This document shows, piece by piece, positions 49,601 to 63,683 of a DNA stretch of 64,000 nt. Source of the DNA: Paragordius varius (taxonomy: Eukaryota; Animalia; Nematomorpha). The translations under genes and the position numbers were made by a program. The stretch is from contig OZ176056.1 of the NCBI GenBank assembly GCA_964247055.1, positions 3,658,001 through 3,722,000 of the forward strand. Direction: 5' to 3'. The first letter of the stretch is position 1, and each line of letters starts with the position of its first letter. Below the pieces are notes generated by a model that was not told the DNA's origin, ran no database searches, and saw only the letters and a program-made list of their open reading frames with translations.

Positions 49601-52600
49601 TATTTAATGAGGGTAAAAAGCATTTTTGTTTTAAATAAAATGCACGATAAATTGTCAGATTACAGTCCAACTGTGAAAAAACCACCAATAATAAAGTTTT
49701 AACCTACCAAAATTATAAAATATTTTTTCGGGATACATAGTAAAAAAAGAAGAATTATTATAGATATACCCTAATACTAGATAATTTTTTTATCAAACCT
49801 GATGTAACAGAGGAGCTGTTTTTGTCTTCGGTAGAAAGAAGGGATAATAGTGGAGAATCAAGGTTATTTGTGTTAGCCGGTATAGAGATTTCATCACTTC
49901 CCATATTTCTGAATGTTTTAAATGTTTCAGATTCATCATTATCTAAAATCCTATTTGTGGTTATGTGTAAGGGGGCATGATTCATATTCAGATTATTTAA
50001 TTGAATATTATCGTTACCCGGTGTAATGGGATTATAATTAATCAAATTATTAATAATGTTATTATTTATGCTATTATTGTATGCCAAAGTATTCGCTGGG
50101 CTGTTTTCATAAAAAGTATCATCAAATTTTGCATTTGACATTAGGCTTAAATTGTTGTTGTTTAAATGTTGGGTAGATGTAGTCGCCGCATTTATAAATT
50201 GAAAAGCATTATTTGATTCATGGACATAAGGGGAAGTTTTAAACGAATTTTGATTATGATTAATAATACTACTGGGGTTATGAGATAAACGCATGGAATA
50301 ATTTGCGATAAAAGTTGCAAGTTCATGATTTCCATATTCAGTGGCTGTTTGAGAGGGGGTTCGTCCAGCCAGGTTGGCAATTAAAGGGTTTGCACCTTTG
50401 TTCAATAGGAGGCATACACAATCGTTCTATAATACAACATAAAAGTATAATATAAATTAATTTTAATCAGAAAAAGTTTTTGGATCAACCTCAATAATAC
50501 GTTAGTTAAAAATTGTGGTAATTTAATTTAAGCGACAAAAATGATACACAAAATTCAATTTGCACCTGCTAGTTAAAATATTCGTGAATCGTTTTTCGCT
50601 TTACGAACGAGGAGCCTAGAAAGATAAAACTGTCCTACAAATCCATCAGATTAAAAAATGTAAAACTGGAATTAGAATGAGTTTTGCATGGATCGGAACA
50701 AAATTATATCGTAATATTATAAAAATCCATGGTAGTTCTTAGAATTATATAACCAAAACCAGGTTAATTTTCACAATGTCGGAGCTTGCACTTGAATAGT
50801 TCTTGATAGACGAAAATTAATTAGTTTCATCCCTATCGGTTGCTGCTTAGATTTTTAAAGCTTCTGGTTTAAAACACTGATTTAATAGCAATACAATGAT
50901 AATCCCAAAAATTTACCGCTTAACCTCATTATGAATTATCTAAAAATTCAAAATATACTTGGTTATGAATGGCTGCAATGTGGAGAGGGGTCTCACCATC
51001 TTTGTTAGGGCTATTGATATCGGCACCATTTGCAATTAGCATGTCCAAAATTTTGGGTTGTCCATAACGGCAAACCTAAAATTATAAAATATAATAATGG
51101 TTAAAATATATTTGGTAAAAGTTCACAAAAATTCTGTATTCAACAATTCAAAAATGAAAAAAAAACTGGTTTTTAAATATCAACCTTTACCTTATGTCGA
51201 TTAAAATACCGAAAATTTTACCATGATAAATTTATACATATTTAATTATAATTTATACATAATGTATTTCTTGCCATCCCATTTGATCAGAAACAACTTC
51301 AAGCGTGTATCTTTTGTCATTTTCCAGCAAAAGTTTAGCACACAACGGGTCCCCTGAAAAAATTGAAAAAGAAATTGATATTTGCCGAGTTAAAGAAGAC
51401 AATATATAAATTAATTTCACAAAACTTAAATTTAATATATATATTAAATATATCTTAAAATCATTGATTTTACCTTGATTGGAGAGGAGATGGTGTAATG
51501 GTGTTAAGCCAGTCGCGTCTTTAACATTGGGGAAAGCACCAAGTTCCAACAATTTCTAGGGTAAAAAATTTATTGTGATATTAAATATGGATTAAAAATG
51601 AATAAAATATGGATTTAAAATTATATTAAAATGGTTAGCAAGGGGGGGTTAAAATATGCGATTTTTAAAACTAGGGATATAAGTTAGCATAAAAAATCAA
51701 TTTTGCAACTACATCGGCTTAGATATAGCGTTTAAATTGGAGATCTTTGAGAAGCTAAATCAATTACATCTGCATATATTGATTGGTAGGACATACATAA
51801 AATAAAGTAAAATGGTACTTTATACATTATTAAAACAGGTTTTTTAAAATATTAGGCAAAATTTTGTATTAAATCTTAAAATTAATATCAGTATATACTT
51901 TGACAGCTATAGCTTTATTCATTTGAGCGGCAACATGAAGAGGTGATAAGGATTGCGTCGTTTTAGCTCTAAAGTCTATGTGGGCACCACCCTTTATTAG
52001 AGTTTCAATAAGGTCTGAAGGGTCCAGAATTTTTGTGGCAATAATTAATGGTGTATCTGGGTTCAGATGTATTAAAAAAGAAAAAATTTAAAATAATTTA
52101 GCGAAAATTAAAAAGTTTAATAAAGTTTTTGAGATAAAAAAGGAGTTTGTTATCTCTGTGTAATGTAATTTGTGAATGAGGAAATAAATTAACTTTTTCA
52201 CAATATAAAGGCATTGTGAAAATAGCATATAAATATGGATCGTGATTAGATAAAATGGTTTTCGGTTGACCTATTAAATACAATTAACTAACTCACATTT
52301 GTCTAAAAAGATTTTTGTTTTTATAATGTGTTATATGCCGACAATTTGTGACAAAAATAAAAATGTTACCTTTATAAATATTTGGAATTCAATTTTTAAA
52401 CTTTTAATTTTTAATCACACCATATAATTAAAACATAAAAAATATTTGATTGTGTTCATATGTGCGCCCTTGAAGGAGAAAAATTATTTTCTGTAAATTA
52501 ATTTTTTATTTATAAATGCCAGCGGTTCCTTACTTCTTTGTTTAGTTCCACCATGCGTTTCCCAAAAATTAGAATTAAGTTTCTGACATTTGCAAAATAT

Positions 52601-55600
52601 TTTCAACCCCTAAATTTCGAGGTAAAGAGACCGTGCTTCAAGCCTAAACTTTCAAAAATAATTATATTATCCTTTTACTATAAATAAAGAAGATTTATTT
52701 ATTGGAGCATAAATATATATTACATAATACATCTCATATAATAAGGGATAATCTCTCTCTTTCTGTTTCTAAATTTGGGTGGTTTTTCAAATTACAATAG
52801 AGAATATTATTTTTTGGTATAAAAAAAGGTTTATTAATTAGTGAATAGAGAAAAATTGTATAAGATGTAGTTTTCGACGGATTTGTTTTTCGCTAAAATT
52901 TAAGATGAATTCGCATAAAAAGAATAAAAAATTCATATGCATACCACACCAATAATGTTTCACTTACCTACATAAGAGTTTTAGCAAACTAATCTTATTA
53001 TTCTAGGTATCAAGCATCTCAAGACATTGATATATTTGAACATTTTTGTATTGTTAGCACAATTGGGATTTAAGGTGGGGGTGTTGTATATAACAACACA
53101 AATTTCGGGTAGTTTAAAATTTTTTAGAAGACAATAAAAATAAATATAAAAAGGAATGGCATTACATTTTTTTTATTATGGCTTTAAAACCCTTCCGTAC
53201 AAATATAATGCAAAATGAATGCAAAAAACTGTTTTTCCATATACTCAAACCATGCCCATATCAATATATTTATCAGTCAAGTCATAAGTATTTTAAACTG
53301 TTTTAAACCACGTTTAACCGAGGACAGGTAATTGAATGTAAAGCGATGCATTTTACAGTAAATATTAATTACCATAGATATTTTGCATAGTATTTCTAAG
53401 TGACACTAAACTATAACATTGGACTAAATGATATTTAAAATGTAAACTTATTAAACAACTATTTATCCAAATTTTTATATAGATATTACATCTTTACATA
53501 ATATAGGATCAAATTTTTCAATTTTATTTAAACTAAAGCAACCTTTAGAAACCCGTTTCTTAATTATGAATATGAGTATTTCTTAAATTGATAGATCATT
53601 TTTGTTGGCCTTTGCATATTATTTACATTTTATTACCTTTTAATGCAGTTTTATCTCCATTTTTAAATTTAATTGTTATCTCAACAGTCAAATAAATATA
53701 TATTATGGTTAAAAATGTTAATAATTGAACTTACAAGGCATTCAAATCACATTGTCACAAATATCTGATATTTATTGATTTTTAAATTAGCCTTTAATAG
53801 TTATAAAATTGTAAAAAAGTATAAGCTTTTTATAGAGAATCATATTTAAATTATATTAAAAAAACTTTTAACAGGTATTTTTACTAAGTTAAGGCTCTGG
53901 GTGTTTACTAACTAAATTTTAGCTAGTTTTCACAATACTAAAAAAGGAAACAGCTTAAAAAAAGAGCGACCTTATTAAAATCGCGTTAAATTCATTATAA
54001 ACAATTACATTGTTTAAGAACTTTATAATTGATGGTCGATAGATTATTTTTTATTGCTTTTTATTATCGAGTCGACGATTTTATCAGCGAGCCGAAGGCT
54101 CAGGCCATATCGGTTCAATATTTGAAAAACGTAATCGAAATCACTACACAGCGTCTCAATCGGATGTATAAGCCGAAATATTATATATATAGGTTTTTGT
54201 TATGGTCCTTACAAGTGATTTAAGTTATATATGCTCATTTTTTTAAATAAAAGTTTTTTTATAAAAATAAATGTTCATTCCAAAAAACTCACCAAAAAAA
54301 TCATAAACTACATGCAAAAAGCAGAACAATAAACAGCAATATTAAAATTTCAATGACGTGGGTTACAAAAGTTCTAATTAACTCTTATAAAATAAAAGTG
54401 AAAATGCGAAAATTGCGCGATAAAATCTTAAGCATATGCCAAATTTTGCTATCAATTTAAATTGATTTTAAAAAATGCATGTTTTTTAAAATTTAATTTC
54501 AAAATCGAAGCGCACTTCATACTATTTTGAGGTATGATGGACACTGTATAAAAACGCCTTAAGACATTAAAAAAATTTTACATAATTCGATGATGCTGAA
54601 CATTTCTATCGCTTCAAAGTTTTAATTCAAAGGTTCGTCTGCTTTAAAATTTTGATTAATTTTGTAAAAACACACAAATAACTTTTAATATAAATTTGAA
54701 AATTATCATATGTAACAAATTTGTAACTTACTTTATAAATTTATACAAATAATCGAGGTATTTTTGAATTTAAAAATAGTGGGGCAATCATAAAAAAAGC
54801 AACAAATTCAGACCAATTATAAATTAAAAAAACTATAAATATTAGAAACCAATGATGGCTTTAATATTTTTATATTATGGTTTATGTATAACTTACCAAG
54901 ACACGTAGAGATTTTTAGAAATAAAAACTGATGTTAAACAATATATATAAACCAGAAATGCAATATTTTTGAGTGAAAATAGCCATCATTTAAAACTTTT
55001 ACGTCAATGTCATGGTAAATTATTACAAATATCAATATAATATAAATAATATAGATATCGCTCAGTGCACAGTATGGCGAGATAGTAGCAGCTTCTAGTA
55101 AATAATTTTTACAGCCACATAAAATTTCAAATTCTCATCGTTTTTGAAAATGCTTAGAGTCATATTTGACAAATTTAATAACATCTCGGAAAAAAAACTC
55201 GATAAAAGTTCTACGGCTTCTAAAGCTTATAAACTCTGTCCTATTAAATGTTCAAATTGACCAAAATTTACACTTTGAAGTATGAATACAATGTAGGCAC
55301 ATTCAGTTAAAGCACAGAATAAAATTTACTCTTTAATTAAAACAAATGTGTTGTATTACCATTTAGAGGTTAAATGTAGATGTTGTATCAGAAAACAATA
55401 AAAGCGTTAATGATCTTGATATATAGCTAATGTATATAAATTCAGTAATAAACTATTAATCTATATATATAATATTATTCATACTTTCTCATTATCATTA
55501 TTATCATCATTAAAAAGGCATGAATATTTTCACCTATTTTAGTAATATTTTACTATTAAAATGTGACAAAAATTGCAATGTGAAATCATAATATGATATA

Positions 55601-55752
55601 ATGTATTCATCATCCCTTTTTATTTCTTATGAAAAAAAAAATATTTTTTTTACGTATTAATCTAGTTAGCTAGCTCCTCTATTAATCAAACATAAGCTAA
55701 AATTTATCATCATATCAATGACAAATGATGTATAAATTATTAATTATATTCA

Positions 55753-55787
<35 letters not shown>

Positions 55788-57528
55788 GTCGTATGATGTG
55801 AAATATTTTATAAAAAAAATTTGCTAAAATACATATTTTTAATCAAATAAAATGAACACAATGTAATAAAACTTCTTTATGCAATATGGTCACTTAAAAA
55901 TATTAAAATAAATTTGTAATTGTTTAGCTTAAAGCTTCATTAATCACTGTTTAAAAATGACATTGTACCCCTAAAAACCGTGTATCTTATAAATTAAATA
56001 AGGCCAGAAAGCTAACACTAAAAAAATAAATATATTTATAATTATTTTTTATTTGATCTAGCTATCAAATAATAAGTATTTATTAAAATCGCCAATTAAG
56101 TAAAAACCCAAATTCACTAGTTTCGATTCCTCAAACGGGTATTCGCTTTCCGTCGAGATGAATGAATGAATAAAAAATTATCTACTAGTAATGTTAATTT
56201 TTAGACAATCGAAATCAATAATTTTATAATTTTGTTATTATTTTTTATTTGACATTTTTAATTAATATAAATTTATATTTTATTACCTCCTGTAAGAGTT
56301 TCATGGAAGTTTGGATCAATGCCTTTATCACACATGGATTTGACTTTGGCCACGTGGCCCTTGTGCACGTGAGATAAAAACCGTTTTTGTTTCGGGACAG
56401 AATTGATCTCCTTCAAATTTTTTATGTTTGTTTTGGGGTCCCGATATACACGGCGTTTGTATCTCAACTAATATAATAATACAATCACACTTCAGCGTAA
56501 ACAATATCCAATAATAGTTTATTATTTGGGGGAAAAGATGGTTTATATTTAACATTTTTTGAAAACTTGTTATGATAATAGCAATTAAAATATTATAATT
56601 TATTGATTCTTATATCAATCCCTTTCTAACCTAAATAATAATATTTTTATCATAAACTGTCGTCATTTTTGGTAAACATTAATATTTAATACACTATTTT
56701 GTTAATCATAAAAAAATAATGTCTACTTCAAGTGCGGGAGAAGTTTCGTTAAAATTACATTGAATGATTCGAATTTGTTCGTTAAGGAAACCTCCAATAT
56801 AACCATTTCCAGGTGGGAGATATAAACCATAATTAAGGGCTTCGTCTAGGGGCTAATTAATACATATTGTTTAGTGATATTTACTAAAGGTTAGATTGGA
56901 AATCACCCCTGAACTCGTCGATTTCACCAATATATTTTGTGTTATAAAATATCAAAAATTACCTATATTTTTTAATATTTTTAAAATAAGTTTTTGTAAT
57001 ATAACGTAATACAGAAAAAATAAACTATGTTAGTTACGAAGATAATCAAAAATGGGTTAAATATAAAAATATATAATCTATTTTTAGGGTGAATTTAAGT
57101 TTAAGGGAAAATTTTAGGTTTAAATGGCATATTCTCAAATTTTGCAAGGATTTTAGGTAAATGAGCCGGTTCAAGTAGCTTAAATATATTAATAATTTAA
57201 ATAAAAAAAAATTCTATTTTTATGTCTTAAGAAAGTTTCAATGCCTATTTTTTATAATGAAGCATAATTAGATCCTATATGTATTATTTGATTTAGCATA
57301 ATCAAATGACCCTATATCGCTAAAATTTTATTATAAAAAAATATTAAACGCTTATAAATTTTTCGATATATATTAAATCGAATCTTATACCTGACACAAA
57401 TTTTCCAACAATATTTGTTTGATATCTAAAATGGAATGATGCAATTCATAGGGCAGAATTCTTTGAAAATTTAGACATGGAACTTTTATTTTCACAACTA
57501 GCGGTTGTTGTTTAGTTCCGTTTTCCAT
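43636..57528 (-). CDS. SHANK: SHANK/ProSAP scaffold protein, ~2013 aa; exons 57528-57391, 56852-56727, 56467-56287, 52056-51899, 51555-51474, 51353-51259, 51075-50959, 50426-49770, 49703-48764, 48680-48595, 48080-47642, 47523-47392, 46999-46692, 46262-43739, 43694-43636
   Basis: SPN domain (LVVKIKVPCL..LNYGLYLP..LE|LRYKRRVY), KGIDPNFH, ankyrin repeats (TPLHH, GWQEIHY, GETPLHIAA) and a PDZ (GYGFILTG..DLKEGDHIIEVNG..HGQV). All junctions are GT-AG and in phase (6042 nt). The start, the last exon and the 49703 acceptor are least certain. Confidence 0.92.
54060..54230 (-). mobile_element. Possible Penelope-like retroelement fragment in a SHANK intron
   Basis: Frameshifted KSLVRTITK..LCSDFDYVFQILNRYGLSLRLADKI weakly resembles the PLE RT/GIY-YIG linker (L..NGYP..LI). 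Confidence 0.3.
56878..57127. mobile_element. Highly degenerate copy of the 21-bp-repeat MITE in a SHANK intron
   Basis: AAAAATTACCTATATTTT and TTTTTAGGGTGAATTT..TAAATGG segments match 30358..30749. Confidence 0.6.
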
Positions 57529-60500
57529 ATTCAAGTTTTTGACAGAATATTTATTTCTGAATCGAGTGATTTACATTTGTGGATATATATGTTTTTTCGA
57601 TAACTTTCATATTATATGATTCATTCGCCATTACTACATACATATTTAATATCTAAAAAGTATAAAAAATAAAATAAATTTACGGCTAAAAAAGGTTAAC
57701 ATGAAATATTTTTAAAACGTAAGACGCGATTAAAAAGCCAAGGTTATCACATAAATATCTGCGAACTAAAAAAATGGTAAAAATTTTAATTTGTCAAATT
57801 TAAAAAAGATATGTAAGTATATAATTATTGGACATATCTAAAACGCCTATTTTAGATTTAAGGAATATATGATAAATAATAATTTTAATCAAGATATCAT
57901 ACTATAATAATAATTATGCAATATAATTAAAAATTTTATGATGATGAAAAAAAGATAATTTTTATTAAATAAATATATAAAAAAGTTACAGGTAGCAATT
58001 CGTGCTCACTGAGCCATTATAGATAGTTATAAACTATATCGATATAATTATATAATTTTAAAAAACGTAAATTTAAATTTGATTACGATAATAATATGCA
58101 TTTAAATAATGCCATAATAATTGTTTTGGAACATAGATATCAAAATTTATAAATCCCTTAGTTTCCAATGAAATTATTTTATTGTTATATTTTTTTAAAT
58201 CGATCTAAATTACATATTTCAAATGACCTTTAGTTAGAGAGATGGATAGATAGAATAGATGTTACATTATATTCGAAATAGTTTGTAAAAAATAATACCT
58301 TTCTAAAATAGGATATAAATTTATATTACTATTAAAATTTAAGCGATAGCTTAAATCATAAATATATCAAGGTTTTTGAAATAATAACCATACGTCTTCA
58401 AGAAAATTTATTAAAAAAATTTTAAAATATAGAAAGCTGAAACGATTTTCACATTACATTATTTGACAAATACGCAATTGGAGTTTAAAAATATAAACTA
58501 AAGAGCAATTCATTTTTCCATTGCTGTACGTACCGAATTTTATATGTGATCGCCGCTTTAACTTTTTCAAATAAACGTTTATGAATAATGCATATGCATT
58601 ATCTATGGGCTTTAAATTTAATTTTATGGTATTAAAAAATTTTCTAAGATAGCTTTAATAGAAAACATAATTTTAGATTTAGGGAAATTAATTATCTTCA
58701 AAATATCACGTAATGATAAAATTTCACTTATTTAATTGAAAATTAATTTCAAAAATTTTGTAATATAAAACTAACAATCATGCATGCAAATAATAAATAA
58801 ATCAGCTACAACAATTAAAAATCAAAAGTTTGTACGTAATTATTGGCTTATCAGATTTATTTTCACCTTTTTTCCATTCACACCTCTATAACCATAAACT
58901 CACACAACTAACAATAATTTTAAATGACAAAGTTCAAATTTTTATTGTTGAATTTATATATATATATATATATATACATACATATAGTTTAATTTAGATT
59001 TATGTGTAATTATAAACATATAACTTGATTAGATAAACTAAAATGTGATATAACTATTTAAATTATATTATCAAAAAATTACCGCAAATATCCGAAAATA
59101 TAACTTATATTTGGCTCTAAAACTAAGTGATCAAAACTAATGTAAATCCCTAATATACACTGTCCTATGATTCAAATTGGGGTAATTGACGACTTCAGAC
59201 TATTTAAAATGAAATGTATAGTAATATATGAGTATTGAAATTATTTCTATAGTTTGCAAAATTTATAACATTAATGTATGAAAAGGGTTCATTCCAAATG
59301 ACTTATTACTTATTTGTGGATGTAGAAGCAAAAGAGACAACAGCGCATTAAGTAAATTTAAAACATGCTAAGTAAGCCAATTTTTCTATAAAATTAATAT
59401 GGTAAAATTTTGCTTAAAATATAAAAGAGGGGGAAGTTTATGTGGAATTTTTACAAGACTAAATATAAATTGGGGCCACTGGTTGTGAATAATATCATTT
59501 TAAATTGACCTGATGCATCCAGTTATACCAATCAGCATCGAAGGTAATTGCATCTTTTAATATGGCTAATATTTAAACAAACTGCTTGTTTCAAATGAAT
59601 TATAATTCAAACAGATACACATGATTTACCTGTATAACTTTAAAAGATAATGGGCCAACAGTTATGGCCTAAACCAACAACTCGAAACATTAATTATGTT
59701 AATCAGATGACGATATAATCATAAAAGAACCAGCATTTAATTTTTGTCCAAATAATGAAAAAATAATTTCGTGGACAAAACTATTGACTAAAAATGAAAG
59801 CAACTAGATTGACAATGGTTTTACATATTTTTGTTTCTAAAAAAGGATTTTACATATTATATGTTCTATCAATTACGCTCAACACTTATGAGTTCAGACA
59901 TTTGTAATCCTAAGCAGTCAAATACCATATTCGAAAATATATGTTATAACTTAAATTCATTATTAAATTAAACGGCTTCAAACGTTGGTCGATAAGCACT
60001 CAAATTTGCAACAATTATTGCTGAATAACATGTGGTAAACATTAGTTCATAAAATGGTGGTTATTTTTTCAAGCGACCATAGTCATGTTTCACGAAAAAT
60101 CGATAAAATGATTCAATTTATGTAGATGTACTGTAAAATAAGGCGTTAAAACTCTAACTTAGTTATAAAACCACCAATAATGATTATTCAAACATTTTCC
60201 AATTTTTTGACACTGTATACAAACTAAAATAAAAATAGAGTAACATCATAATTGTAAAAATCAAATATAAATTGATTGATGAATTAAACGTAAGTAAGTA
60301 ATTAAAAAACTTACATAATTGTTTTTGTCGGCTTATTTGACGAAACAAAACTAGAAAAAAATGGTTTCAAAGAGCTTCAAAAAACGTTATATTTGTTTTA
60401 GCTTACCAATTTTAACTTTAATTACAAGAATTAAAAGTTAATTTGTAAGTATAAGGTGTTATAAACTTGTAATAAAATGCTGACACATACTGTTAATTAT

Positions 60501-62459
60501 TATGTGTCATAAAGTTCATCTTATATTTCAAAAAAAATTTTTTTATAACGTTTGTGAGGTTGTTTAATAATTATCATTTTTATTAGATTTTAATTATTAT
60601 TTTAGTGAATACGATAAAAAGTTAATCTTATTATGTCAGCTATGCGCATTATATTATTAAAAAAGTTAATTATATGTCTTGTGTTATTTTTAAAATAGCG
60701 CTTATTCTATAAAATTCAAGCTATATAAGTGTCATGAGAAAAACTGGGTAATTGAAAATGATAATATTTTAATAGTAAAAAATTATCCAGACAAATTTAT
60801 TTTTATAAATATATAAATAACTTATCATTTAAAGAAAGATGTAAATTGTTAATAAACTCAATTACATATAATACAAAATTGTAACTAATTAGTTTTATGG
60901 AGAATAATGGTTGTCTTAAACAAAATATTTGTCCTTTTTAAAATTTTATCCATAATTAAAATGAAATCAAAAAAGTATATATTTCATAAAATTAATCGAT
61001 TTTTTGAAAACGTTAACGGTATCCTGGAAACAATCAATCAATTTCATTTTAAATTAAAGTAAAAGTACAAATTTAAGTCTGCCATTAATAAATATATATA
61101 TATATATAAAACTCAATACAATTACAATTTTAACGTTTTTTACTGTTATGCAATAATATTATTTTAGCAGGTGGCTCACAATTCTTTAATAAACGCTTTC
61201 AAAAGTAAATACTATAAGAAGAAAATAAGAATATATTTGATTGAATGATAATTTGCGTTTATGATATGGCATGCAATAATTTGAAAAAAACATTTTTATT
61301 TAAATGTGAATGAATTTAAATATCTAAGGAGATTAGAAATATTGAAAGAACAACTTGAAATTTTTAAGGTCGTTACCTTACCTGTTGAATTCTAAGAGAT
61401 TTTCCATTTTTCTTTATATTAATAAAATGAATGTGTTTTGCATAAAACCTTTTCAATGTAACAAAAGATTTAGGCAGTCTAAATAGGTCGGAACCCATAT
61501 TTTTTAGTAATCCAAAATATATCTACCCTATTCCGTTAAATGCCAATATAATCAATAGATAGAATATAGTGTATTGAAGAAACCCAAATATTGTATGAGG
61601 TTTTTTATTAGACAAATAATTTATATACAATTATCATGATAACAGCTACTAAAATATTACCTGGTTCAATAAAAGCCATGATAAATGGTTTAAGGAATTT
61701 TTAGAATATTACATTAGAGATTTTGCGATTTCGAATAGTAAAATTTTTGATTTTAGGGTATAATTTCATATTACTGAATAAAGCATATTTAATATTTGAT
61801 TTTTTTTTCTAACTATAAAAATCTTTATAACGCAGAGCAGGGAACAAAGAATTTTATTTACGATTCCATCCCATTTCATACCATCTAATCAATGGAATTG
61901 TGATAAAAATTATTCCTTTGAAAAATACTGAACAATGCAATGCAATGCAATATATGAAAAAAGAGGCAATCGAAATTTTTTTCAAAATGTGCTTTCATAA
62001 AATAAGATCGTAAAAAAATAAATTGTTTTTTTTTCAATATATATAGAGAAAGGAACTAGTAGATATATACCTGTTGTAATTACACTATACAGGTAATATT
62101 TTAATTTTTTATTTTCAATTTTTTAAGAAGTATATAAGAAAAAGAAACAAGGATAATTTAATGTATTGTAGAGAAAGAATGATGTTGAAATAGCAGGGAA
62201 AAAAAATTGCTTAATATAATATTCACACCTTGCTGTTAAATTGAGTAAATAATACCTACAAAACAATATATAAAAAATAAAAACAATGTTAGTTTATATA
62301 TACCTAAGGCAAGTGTCTTTATAATAACACCTTATTTATAAAAATTTTCATTGAAATTTCTTAACGTTTCTTTTTTTAAACAAAGTTAATCAGATATATA
62401 GAGATTATTTAAAATATTTAACCACTAATATAAATTACTTAAACCAGATTTAGCCAAAA

Positions 62460-63683
62460 CACTGTGTGCAAAAAAGAGGGTCATTTTGATTTATCGAATT
62501 TTTATTTTTCATGAGATAGCTTATGATCAGGGAATTTTTGCCGAAATTATTATTTGTTGACAACCTAGTTTTTGAAATATTGAGAGAAAATCGAAATCGG
62601 GCAAAAAGTGAAAATTAAGGATAATTCAAAAAAATAATGATAAAATTTGAAATATTATGGTTTATTATCATTTTATGATATAATTTCAATATATAAGCAG
62701 CCTAAAATCAGATAGTTAGGGTTTCTATAATATATCAGCTCAAAAGATGGCGTTTCTCTTTTAAAACCCTCACAACGTAATTTTTTTTATAAAACTATAT
62801 TATGATTTTTTTTAATTATTTATTAGCTAAACTCACTATTAAAATCTTAACCATATTTTATTCAGTGAAAAAATTATATATTAAAATAAAATCAAAAATA
62901 TTGTTCTTTATTTTTACATTTTTTTGTCATCTGGTTTGTGAGTGTATAAAAAATTTATACTGTTTTATTTTAGAATCTTACATGAGTGCGAATTATAAAT
63001 ATATAATTTATGCAAAATAGGATTTAAAATTAATGGAATATTAACTATCAATCGTACAAATCCCAATAAAAATATTAATTTGTCATAAAACAGACTTGTT
63101 ACAGGGATTTGTAAGGATTGTTGGATGATATTCCACTGCTTTTAAATCCTATTTTGCATAAATTATATACTTAATCTTTCCCAAGTAAGAATCTAAAATA
63201 AAACAGTATAATTTTTTATATACTACCAGGTGACAAAAAAATGCAAAAATAAAAAACAATATTTGTTTTATTTTGATTTGAAAGTTTATTTTACTGAATA
63301 AAGTATGAATGTTAAATAGTGAGTTTAGTTAGTAAATTAAAAAAAATTATTTAAATTCATTAAATTTTTTTTGTCTTTTAAGTGTGATAAAAGAAAAACG
63401 CCACCTTTTGAGCTGAAATTTTATAGAAACCCCAACTCTATAATTTAGGCTATTTTTTTATTGAAAATATCTCTTAAAATGATAATAAACCATAATATTT
63501 CACATTTTATCATTATTTTTTGAATTATCCTTATTATCCGTAATTTTCACTTTTTCCCCCTCAATTTTGTCTCAATATTTCACAAACTAGGTTGTCAACA
63601 AATAAAAAATGCTGAAAATGATTCCTCTGGTCATAAGCTATCTCATGAAAAAAAAAATTATTGTTAAAAATTTTTTTGCACAC
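62460..63683. mobile_element. Non-autonomous DNA transposon with ~330-bp TIRs and CACTGTG terminus (Chapaev/CMC-like)
   Basis: 62460..~62790 is an imperfect inverted copy of ~63370..63683. The left terminus is CACTGTGTGCAAAAAA; the right terminus is decayed (TTTTTGCACAC). Confidence 0.7.

Noticed and set aside
49560-49703. VKTLLL..KCFLPS segment as a degenerate SHANK SH3
   Set aside because: It lacks the conserved acidic and Trp residues (GGFWEG, GWFP), and part of it may be intronic.
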